From NCBI GenBank assembly GCA_963749445.1, contig CAVVMJ010000010.1, positions 43,913-107,912 of the forward strand: DNA of 64,000 bases, in the 5' to 3' direction. This document shows, piece after piece, positions 26,867 through 34,929 of this stretch. This stretch comes from an uncultured bacterium (GTDB taxonomy: Bacteria > Patescibacteriota > Doudnabacteria > UBA920). The notes under the pieces were generated by a model. That model saw only the letters and a program-made list of their open reading frames with translations. It was not told the origin of the DNA and did no database searches. Positions within the stretch are counted from its first letter, which is position 1, and each line of letters starts with the position of its first letter. Made by a program: the position numbers and the translations under genes.

Positions 26867-27862
26867 TTAATTGTTAAACAACTGTTTTGCTTTTTCCCAA
26901 AACTCCGGATGCCCGCGCTGCTTCATCCAGTACCACCACTCCACTCCCCACAAATACTGAGGTGAAAAGCCGGTGCCCCGCGCGTAACTGACAATGGTAT
27001 CAAAATGGTCCAGACTCATGGTTTTAAACTGCTGGTCAATGGGCGTATTAGGGATGCCGGCTGTGGTCCACGGCTCGGCCTCCAGTTCTATTATAGCAAT
27101 TTGTTTGCCAGGATGCAGCATTTCCACCAAACCGGCCTTAAACCTATACACAATGGGCAAAAAATAAAAGTTCGTCCAATAGCGTTTTAAGACATCGGAA
27201 AACACGTAGCGGTAAAAGGTGGTGCCAAAAATGTCGCCCCGCGCCGAGGCTGAAAACCACCAGTTCAGCTCGCCGCTGTCGGTAACAATGACGGGACGGG
27301 ACGGGTCCAGCTTTTTCACCAAGGCGATTTCCTCATCGAGCAGCGCGATATTCAAAGGCGGGCAAATCCCGAAAGTGGACAAAAACGGCTCATTCTCCAC
27401 CTGCCATGCAATGAGATTGGAATTATTTTGATAACGCCTCACCACGGTTTCCACGTAAGAAAGCTGCGCGGCTTCAAGGCCACTTTGGGAAAGATTGTTA
27501 ATCCATGACGGATCATGGCATTCCGGCCAGCGCGGCAGCCGGCGGCCCACGACCAGGACAATCTTGGCATTATGGCTAGAGGCCTGATCCATTTGAAAAT
27601 CCAAATCGTCAAAATTATACTGATCCTTCTGCGGTTCAACAGCATCCCAGTAAGCTGACAGCCGCAAATATTTGGGTTTGAGATCGTTTAATATATCCTG
27701 ATAAGCCTGCTTCCAATCCAGTCCCAGGCTTTGCGCGTAGGGAGCGCTAAAAGTGACTCCGTATTCAATTTTTTGGCTCTTGGGCGCGAACAAAGACACA
27801 AACCACACCAATACAAGCGCGATGATGATTAGGGATATTAGCCATTTGAAAAATCTTTTCAT
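26867..27862 (-). CDS. secreted glycoside hydrolase, TIM-barrel (GH5/GH113-like)
   Basis: N-terminal TM/signal segment; WQVENEP catalytic acid/base motif; second Glu in IELEAEPW. Confidence 0.5.
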   Translation of the reverse strand: MKRFFKWLISLIIIALVLVWFVSLFAPKSQKIEYGVTFSAPYAQSLGLDWKQAYQDILNDLKPKYLRLSAYWDAVEPQKDQYNFDDLDFQMDQASSHNAKIVLVVGRRLPRWPECHDPSWINNLSQSGLEAAQLSYVETVVRRYQNNSNLIAWQVENEPFLSTFGICPPLNIALLDEEIALVKKLDPSRPVIVTDSGELNWWFSASARGDIFGTTFYRYVFSDVLKRYWTNFYFLPIVYRFKAGLVEMLHPGKQIAIIELEAEPWTTAGIPNTPIDQQFKTMSLDHFDTIVSYARGTGFSPQYLWGVEWWYWMKQRGHPEFWEKAKQLFNN

Positions 27863-27867
27863 ATATA

Positions 27868-27972
27868 CGCTCGATGGGCACTTTCTTGCTGACACTCCCG
27901 CTGTCTATAATTATCCCCCAACTGATAAACACCGGCCAGCGGCTAAATTAACAGGAAGGTGCCCATCAACTC
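27868..27972. repeat. MITE-like repeat family F3, copy 3 (more diverged)
   Basis: GATGGGCACTTTCTTGCTGACA ... GGAAGGTGCCCATCAA. Confidence 0.7.
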
Positions 27973-27974
27973 CT

Positions 27975-28864
27975 TTATTGGTTCCCCAAAAACAAAACCA
28001 CGGTGCCTAAAAAAATCAAGGCAATTGCGGCGAGCTTTAATTTAACGGCGTGACGGTCCGTGTCTTCATCCAAAATATGCCGGAATTTGTAGCTTAAAAT
28101 TAAAGCGAAAATAAATAAAAAAGCGTAGCGGAAGCCTGACAATCCGTCCACTATGGGAACTTTGCCACGCGCCAAAAAATAGCTCAAAAAAATAAAATTC
28201 AATCCGCCGAGCGCCTGTTTAAAGACAAACAAAACGCCGGTATGGGCTTTTTTTCAACGTGTTCGGTAACCAGCGCGGCGCGGCGGAATTTTGGAATAAC
28301 CAATAAAATTATCAGGACGCCGGCCGCGCCCAAGCGGTTCCACATTAAATTATTTAAGCTTGACCCAACCTGCGCCCCGTACTGCCACAAAAAATTATAA
28401 GCGCTGTATAAAAACGCGGAAAGCAGCGCCAGGCCGAGAATCTTTTGGTAATCTTTACCGGAATGATAGCCAATCAATAGCGCCCCCGGTATTAGCAGCG
28501 CCATGGCCCCCAACTCCGTGGTTGTCAATGCGCTGCGCCCCGTGGCAAAAGATAACAGCACGTCAAATACCGGTACCAAACCAAAAATCAAAGGCACCAC
28601 GCGCGACACCTCGCCGTGAGACAAAACTTTGTAATACACGTACATCACCAGCCCAAAAAACGCGCCCGACAAAAGGTTAAAAAAAATAAATTTACCCGGG
28701 AGGGGATTATAAACCCACGGCCAGATTGCCAGCAAAAGCGCGCCCGTAACCACGGTATAAAACGCGTACGACAGCGGCTGGATTTTGCGCTTGCTGATTA
28801 AAAATTTGTCGAACAAATCGACAACGGCAAAGCTGGCATAGAGGAGGATAACTTGTGCGAGCAT
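27975..28864 (-). CDS. EamA/DMT-family transporter, apparently split by a frameshift in a T7 run near 28249-28256
   Basis: ORFs 28199..28864 and 27975..28232 are both multi-TM and adjacent in different frames. Confidence 0.5.
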
Positions 28865-28984
28865 AAAGGTTATTGGTTATAAGATATAGCGACCGGTCTG
28901 GTCTTAGGTATGTAGTTTTAAGTTACAAATACCTTAAAACCTTTTACTACGCTGGCCGCCACAACTTATAACATACGCCTAACT

Positions 28985-30210
28985 TTAAATCTCCAAATAA
29001 TTATTCTTGCATACTTCCGCAAACTTGACGGCGCTAAAGCGCACCCTGCGACGCAGCAAATCTTCGCGGTCAATTTCCACCAGCCCGAACCGCGGCCAAA
29101 AACCTTCTTCCCATTCAAAATTATCGGTAAGCGACCAGTACAGGTAGCCGCGCACGTCCGCATTTTTTTGGATGGCGCGGTGCACATAGAACAAATGGTC
29201 CTTAATGAATTTTTCCCGCTTTTCGTCTTTGCGATCCGCGATGCCGTTTTCCAAAATATAAATCGGCTTGCCGTAGCCTTTAATCCCAAGCAGTACGCGC
29301 TCAATGCCTTCGGGATGTATGCCCCAGCCGCGGTCGGTTTCGTTATGCTGGCTGTGGCTGTGCTTGCGCAGGCCGAACAGGCCGAGGTGGTGGTGGAAAT
29401 AATAATTCACGCCAATGTAATCGCACGTCTTGATGGTGCGGCGTAAAATATAATCGTTAACTACATAATCCGCCAAGCCCGCCGCCAAGCCGCCCAAAAA
29501 TCCGTAAGGCTGCAAGTCAGACAAATTAAACGCCAAACTTACCGGCTGACGCAGATGCTGCTGGATGTATTCGGCCAATAAATTGTGGGACCTGATTAAA
29601 TTATCCACCACTCTCCAAGCCGTGCGGAAACTTTTAACCTGCGGCGGATGCACGCCCAGCCAATAACTTTGTCCAGCGTACAGGCCAGGCTCGTTAATTG
29701 TCACCCAAAAATCCACGTACTGGCTCAACCGCCTGGCGGTATGCCGCGCATAGTGCAAAAAATCGCTGATGTTTTCTTTTTTGGTAAATCCCCCTTTTTC
29801 ATAAACCACACCGGGCTGGTATAATGGTGCAAAGTCAAAAATACTTTCAGCCCGTGATATTTGGCGGACTGCAAAATTTTTTCGTAATGGTCCAAAGCCT
29901 TTTCGTCAAACACGCCTTCTTTGGGCTCTATGCGCGACCATTCCACGCCAAACCGCGTGGCGTTTTGGTTAAGATGCTCAGCCAAAGCGAAATCTTCATC
30001 GTACCGGTTATAAAAATCGCAGGCAATACCACTCTGGAATTCGGCCGGATTTTTACCCGCTTTCCTGAGCGCGTCTTCCCGCCGCGGCGACCGTTCCCAA
30101 ACCCACCAATCCGCGTTGCTGTTACCGCCCTCGGTCTGGTAAGCGCCGCTGGCCGCCCCCCACAAAAAATCTTTGGGAAAGATAAATTTTTGTATCTGTT
30201 TCATTGCCAA
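28985..30210 (-). CDS. GH1 beta-glucosidase, split by a frameshift near 29790-29800 (C5/T5 runs)
   Basis: N-terminal FLWGAASGAYQTEGG. Acid/base TINEP and nucleophile YILENG in the downstream ORF. The junction lies between NEP and YILENG, inside the catalytic barrel. Confidence 0.75.
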
Positions 30211-30403
30211 AATTATTTTTCGACCTCGTGGAGAAGATAATTTTGTCCCCGCGCAATCGAAAAGTTTAGTGCTTTCATTATGCCACAGTTGATAAAAAAA
30301 TCAAAATCTGGTAAGATTGGTAGGACTTATAGGACAAATAAGGCTGATAAGCCACATGTGCTTGCAATCTTAAATCCAAAATCATAAATCTAAAATTATT
30401 CAT

Positions 30404-30478
30404 GGCGCTATCGTCTAATGGTCAGGACGAATGGTTCTCAGCCATTAAATCAGGGTTCGATTCCCTGTAGCGCTACCA
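30404..30478 (+). tRNA. tRNA-Glu (anticodon CTC) with encoded CCA
   Basis: Cloverleaf: acceptor GGCGCTA/TAGCGCT, D-stem GTCT/GGAC, anticodon stem AATGG/CCATT with loop TTCTCAG, T-arm CAGGG-TTCGATT-CCCTG. Confidence 0.85.
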
Positions 30479-30620
30479 AGTTCGCAATTTTGGAAACAAC
30501 TGACCAATATCAATCGTATTATGCTGGCAATTACTAACAAAGGCTATGAACATCAAGGGCAAAGTCGTAATCATCACCAGCGCATCGCAAGGGATATGTC
30601 CAAGTTGGCCAATATAAAAC

Positions 30621-31663
30621 TGGTTTAATGGTAAATTCTAGTGCTTGAAACCGGCTAAAACTTCCTCGATTAACCGCCAGCGCCTGTCGCGTTTCAGACC
30701 GCTATGGATGCCAATCAGTTGTTTAAGATATTTAAAACTGCCGTCTAAAGAATTCGTAGTATTGGGAATATTTAAACCGGTATATCGTTGGTAAGTAAAC
30801 AGGTAAGGCGCGTTGGTTTTCAAACTCCGATAAGCAGACCTAATTCGCTTGTGGGTGTAAAACCACTTTTTAGGATTAAAGGGATTAACGGTTCGTTCTT
30901 TTAAAAAGTCTCCCCATTTTTCATGCCAGGCATCCAGCAACAACAGCAACATGTTTTCAGTTAATTCAGTTAAAGCCAAGGCAATCATCCGCAGTTCTTT
31001 TCCCGCTTCCAGCTTCGGCCGTTTGGTCAAATACCTGGTAACGATGGCCATTTGGTGGAACTGGCAGACTTGTACCGGAATGTCGGAAAACACTTCTCTG
31101 ACGCCCTTTTTACCGTCTAAGACCACTGCTTCAAAGGTGTAGCCCAATTCTTCCAGCAGTTGTCTGGCTTCCCGATACACATCAGCCGTTTCAGTTTTAA
31201 CCTCCGTCCAGTACAGGTTCTGTTTAAGGTCAAAGGATCTAAAAACCAACACCCCGTAACCCCGACCCCAGAATGTGCAATCAGCGATGGCAACTACAGG
31301 TTGCGGATAAAGGCGAAATGACTTTGTAGGAGCTTTATCCAGCTGCTGCCGAATCCACTTTTCACTCCGCTGATATTTTTTAACCAGCTGCTTAACTGTT
31401 TGTTTGCCCCAGATGTATTGCCGCCAGAGGGCGCGTTGAAGTTTCTGTTTACGCCGTTTATTCTCAAAATTCTTTCCGCAATTCTTGCACTGGTAACGCT
31501 GGAGCCCTAACTGTTTCCCTTTCTTAATAATTGCCGAAGAACGGCATCTTGGGCACTTTTTTTACAAGCCATACATAATCAAAGTTAATTATTTATCTTA
31601 AGTATGGCACAAACGCCGAAATCTAAGCACTAATATTTACCATTAAGCCAAATGTGTTAACAT
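30621..31663 (-). mobile_element. IS1595-family (ISXO2-like) insertion sequence next to tRNA-Glu
   Basis: Imperfect terminal inverted repeats TTAATGGTAAATTCTAGTGCTT (30626-30647) and, on the other strand, TTAATGGTAAATATTAGTGCTT (31636-31657). One transposase gene inside. Confidence 0.7.
30638..31572 (-). CDS. IS1595-family transposase (N-terminal zinc ribbon plus DDE domain), frameshifted in a homopolymer at 31557-31563
   Basis: With one extra A the N-terminus reads MACKKKCPRCRSSAIIKKGKQLGLQRYQCKNCGKNF (the Zn_Tnp_IS1595 pattern) and continues into the 204-aa DDE ORF. As sequenced there is no ATG in that frame. Confidence 0.7.
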
Positions 31664-32084
31664 ACTGCACACCTACCCGCCAGGCGGGCGGATCGCTGGT
31701 TTTCTATAAACCGGACAAAGGCTATTTAAGCAAACTTTTAAGGACAAAACGAAGAGAAACCGCCTTTTAAGTTGCCATGAATAGCAGGCCTGCCTGCCGA
31801 AAAAACCGGAGGACAAGTTTCGTCTTGCCGCGTTATCGGCTGCCGTATCGCCTTCAGGTCCGCGGCGAAACAGCACGCTGAGCGCGACATTGCCATGAGG
31901 GCAGCTGATTGGGCTTTTCATCTGCGGCCCGCAGTTGCCCTCGTCGGCAAAATTTCAATTTGAGATCGTTGATCAGCAGAAACCTATCCGGTGAACATCA
32001 TTGGGGATACCCGGAACAGGATGCCGATTTTGGGCTTTGCCCAAACAAGCAGAACACGACTGTTTGGTTTCAACGATTCTCCGG

Positions 32085-32128
32085 CCCGGCAATTGGTTTC
32101 AAGCACCAATTGCCGGGTGCGTTTTTTT
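32085..32128 (+). terminator. rho-independent terminator on the plus strand with no upstream plus-strand CDS
   Basis: CCCGGCAATTGG - 9-nt loop - CCAATTGCCGGG followed by TTTTTTT. Confidence 0.6.
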
Positions 32129-32368
32129 ATACCCGCGGCCAAAGCACACCCCTGAATTCGTTGTTCACGATTAGCGGAACGCCGCGCAAACTTTGCACGC
32201 GCGCGGAAATTTCACTCACCGGGCATCGGTGGGCGCGGTTTGATCCGCAGGAGCAATGCGCGCATAAGCCGGAAAGTTGGCTCACAATGTTCAATTTTTG
32301 CTTTTCAAGTTCGCTCATAAATTAGTGAGTAGTTAGTAGCGGGTAGTCAGTAGCCAAACAGAATGTGC

Positions 32369-32722
32369 TCAATTTTTGTTTTGAATAAGCTTGTTAAGCA
32401 TTTTCATAACCTCCTCAAGCAAGCTGTCAACTTTTGAAAAATCCAAGCCTTTGCCGAAAGGCAATCTTTTTGCTATTTCTATTTGGGTTTCCAATTCGGC
32501 TCCGGAAGCAAAAGCAATCGACAAAAAATGATAAAACTCATTATCCCCGAATCTACGCCTGCCCTCGGCAATATTTGACGGAATAGAAACTGAGCAACGG
32601 CGAGACTGCGAAACTAAACCATACAACTCATTCGGTGGATATCTTTCCGTAAGCTTATATACTTCAACGACTAAATCCATTGACTTGCGCCAAACAATTA
32701 AATTTTTGTAATCCGCGTACAT
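32369..32722 (-). CDS. four-helix-bundle protein (TIGR02436; 23S rRNA intervening-sequence protein family)
   Basis: SIPSNIAEGRRRF...EFYHFLSIAFASGAELETQIEIAKRL signature. Confidence 0.75.
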   Translation of the reverse strand: MYADYKNLIVWRKSMDLVVEVYKLTERYPPNELYGLVSQSRRCSVSIPSNIAEGRRRFGDNEFYHFLSIAFASGAELETQIEIAKRLPFGKGLDFSKVDSLLEEVMKMLNKLIQNKN

Positions 32723-32765
32723 ACTTCGTCATACTGGCTACTTACTACTAACTACCATCTACTTA

Positions 32766-33380
32766 CTACTCAAGGTTTCTAATGACTCCAACCACCTTCC
32801 CCTGCACGCTCCATTCTTCCTTGGGATAAATGTTCTTATAGTCCGGATTCTCGGCTTTTAAGTAGGCGCGGTTTTTTACGTAGACCAGCCGTTTAACCGT
32901 GGCTTCGTCGTGCAGCAGCGCCACCACGATTTCGTTATTTTTGGCTTCCTTGGTCGGCCGCACGATTACCAAATCGCCCTCAAAAATTCCGGCGTTTATC
33001 ATGCTGCCTCCGCGCACCTTAAGCAAGAACACATCGCGCCGGCCTTTAATTAAGCTGGAAGGCAAATTAATCCATTCTTCAATTTGCTCTTCGGCCAAAG
33101 TCGGCACGCCGGCCTGGATGGCGCCCAGTAAAGGCACTCTGATTAGCCCTTTTTGCAAACTTTCGCCCAAAGTCTTTAGCACTTCAATGCCGCGCGCCTT
33201 GCCGGAAATCCTGATAAAACCTTCGCTTTCCAAAGCGTTCAGCAATTTAGCCACCCCGTTTTTGGATTTGACCTTAAGGTAAGTGGCCATTTCCGAAATG
33301 GACGGCGGCAAATTGTATTCCCGCACCTGCTTAATGATGAATTGGAGCAGTTCTTTTTGGCGCTGTGTGATTTTGTCCAT
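32766..33380 (-). CDS. lexA: LexA repressor
   Basis: N-terminal winged HTH; cleavage site region AIQAG (Ala-Gly); S24 catalytic Ser in GGSMINAGI and Lys in TVKRL. Confidence 0.85.
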   Translation of the reverse strand: MDKITQRQKELLQFIIKQVREYNLPPSISEMATYLKVKSKNGVAKLLNALESEGFIRISGKARGIEVLKTLGESLQKGLIRVPLLGAIQAGVPTLAEEQIEEWINLPSSLIKGRRDVFLLKVRGGSMINAGIFEGDLVIVRPTKEAKNNEIVVALLHDEATVKRLVYVKNRAYLKAENPDYKNIYPKEEWSVQGKVVGVIRNLE

Positions 33381-33490
33381 AGGTTTAAAATTAATGATAT
33401 TTAAATAGTATACCTTCGTTCACCGTCAGTCAACAGCATTAAAATACCGGCCTTTCGTCTGCCCGATTAAAGTTATCCACAAGCAATTAT

Positions 33491-33578
33491 AGCTAATAGC
33501 GCTTAGCGTTTAGCGATTAGCCTAACAAAAACCAGCCCTTTATGGCTGGCTAAACGCTAAATGCTAAACGCTAAATGC
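33491..33578. repeat. large imperfect palindrome built from TAGCGTTTAGC units around a central hairpin
   Basis: AGCGCTTAGCGTTTAGCGATTAGCC ... CCAGCCctttaTGGCTGG ... CTAAACGCTAAATGCTAAACGCTAAATGCT. Confidence 0.7.
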
Positions 33579-33815
33579 TCATTTCGTATTCAGCAAAAAC
33601 TTAATAAACTCCACCACCCCCTGCCAAATATTCTGCAGCATTGGCACCGATGTCGGCAGTAAAATCAGCAGGGCAATAATAAAAATAAAATCCTTTTTTA
33701 CCACCTTAAAAATGGAGTAGACCAAAAATATGGCCAAGGCGATGGAAATGACCGGCCGCGTGTTGACCGGAAAGTTGGCAAGAAACTGCAGGTAAAGGGA
33801 CTGAATTTGGTCCAT
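33579..33815 (-). CDS. small membrane protein (hypothetical) immediately upstream of lexA
   Basis: Start chosen at MDQIQSLYLQ. The longer track ORF translates the upstream repeat array. Two TM segments. Confidence 0.4.
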   Translation of the reverse strand: MDQIQSLYLQFLANFPVNTRPVISIALAIFLVYSIFKVVKKDFIFIIALLILLPTSVPMLQNIWQGVVEFIKFLLNTK

Positions 33816-33820
33816 AGAAT

Positions 33821-33920
33821 AATTGACAAGATTTAAAAGATTTAAATGATTGACAAGATTTTCAACTGGCAATCTTGCTCAATCATGTCAATCTTGTCAA
33901 TCTTGTCAATCTTGTCAATA
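33821..33920. promoter_or_regulatory. array of about six ATTGACAAGAT motifs (two forward, four reverse at 9-bp spacing) upstream of the small membrane gene
   Basis: AATTGACAAGATTT at 33821 and 33850. ATCTTGTCAAT at 33888, 33897 and 33906, with a partial fourth reverse copy ending near 33918. Each contains a TTGACA hexamer. Confidence 0.5.
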
Positions 33921-33951
33921 ATATTATAGCACAAACAAGCCGGATGTAAAG

Positions 33952-34560
33952 TTAATGCTTACCTTTACCCAGCGTGTCGCAAACCACGATGTGCGGGTAA
34001 TCAAAAATGTCCTTGATAAACTTGTCAAAAGTGTCGCGCCGGAGTTCAAACTCCGGCTGGGTCATTAAGCTGTAGTTGATGTCCTGGCTCATCATTTTTT
34101 CCACGGCTTTCAAAAAATCCGCCAGTTTCCTTAAGTTGATCCGGCCGACCAAAAGCAAATCAACCGGTAAGTTCGGCTGGCCGCAGAACAGGCCGCTTAA
34201 AAAGGCCGCCTTAATCTCCCCTAAATTCTTCAGCGCGGCAAACAGCTCGTCTTTGTAGGCCGGAACTCGGCCCAGACGGCGCTTGAGGTCAGGCAGAAGC
34301 GGATGACGAAGATTAACCAAAAAATATTTCTTGCCGCGCTTGCTGAAACTTTTAAGCAGGCCGGCCTCTGCCAGCTTATTTAAACTCACAGCGGCCTGCG
34401 CGTGGCTGAATCCCAGACGCCGGGCGATTTCGTGAATGGAAAAAGCCCTCGGCGGGGCGGCCAGAAAAAAACTCAAAGCCGGGCTTTCGGTTTTGGAATC
34501 AATGATGGTTTCCAGCATATGGTTGGAATTATAACACAGGCGCGGGGTATTTTGAAACAA
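33952..34560 (-). CDS. winged-HTH transcriptional regulator-like protein with uncharacterised C-terminal domain
   Basis: HEIARRLGFSHAQAAVSLNKLAEAGLL HTH-like segment. Confidence 0.35.
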   Translation of the reverse strand: MFQNTPRLCYNSNHMLETIIDSKTESPALSFFLAAPPRAFSIHEIARRLGFSHAQAAVSLNKLAEAGLLKSFSKRGKKYFLVNLRHPLLPDLKRRLGRVPAYKDELFAALKNLGEIKAAFLSGLFCGQPNLPVDLLLVGRINLRKLADFLKAVEKMMSQDINYSLMTQPEFELRRDTFDKFIKDIFDYPHIVVCDTLGKGKH

Positions 34561-34796
34561 ATTGATGCGAATCTTCGCAATTGTTTTATCGCCAGCCGAT
34601 ATTTATATATCGGGGGTTGATTTTCGGCGACCTTACTATACACAAGAAGATTCCCATCAAACCCTTAAAATATTTTGAATTCTTTTAAATTTGTTGTATA
34701 ATATAGCAGTAATCTTCACCCGCCAAAATTTGTTTCGGATTTGGAAATAAAGCTTAGGTCAATTAGGTCAAATTTCAATCAAATCTAAACTATTGT

Positions 34797-34925
34797 GGGT
34801 AACCACAAATTTAGGCGAAGGTTTACCCGCCAAAATTTTGCGGTTCCCAACAAAACGCTGGCGGTGACCATCCACGATATAAAAATAATAACTTTGTCCA
34901 AAATTATTGGGCAAAATTTAGGCGG
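34797..34925. repeat. MITE-like repeat family F4 (terminal inverted repeats TTTACCCGCCAAAATTTTG / TTGGGCAAAATTTAGGCGGGTAAA)
   Basis: TIR pair flanking a roughly 60-nt core. Solo half-site at 34718-34745. Second full element at 39912-40040. Confidence 0.7.
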
Positions 34926-34929
34926 GTAA

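Noticed and set aside
31664-32130. tmRNA call based on GGGGATACCCGGAACAGGATGCCGATTTTGGG
   Set aside because: There is no tag-peptide reading frame ending in Ala-Ala-stop. There is no tRNA-like 3' end with CCA complementary to the 5' GGGG. The 13-bp stem at 32085-32117 is a terminator, not a T-arm.
33381-33480. Canonical LexA/SOS box upstream of lexA
   Set aside because: I could not find CTGT-N8-ACAG, CGAACRNRYGTTCG or GTTC-N7-GTTC in the 100 nt upstream. The operator may be non-canonical (see the palindrome finding).
33816-33872. N-terminal extension of the small membrane protein (MPVENLVNHLNLLNLVNYS)
   Set aside because: It is encoded by the ATTGACAAGAT repeat array. The internal ATG at 33815 gives a sensible start with the repeats as upstream regulatory DNA.
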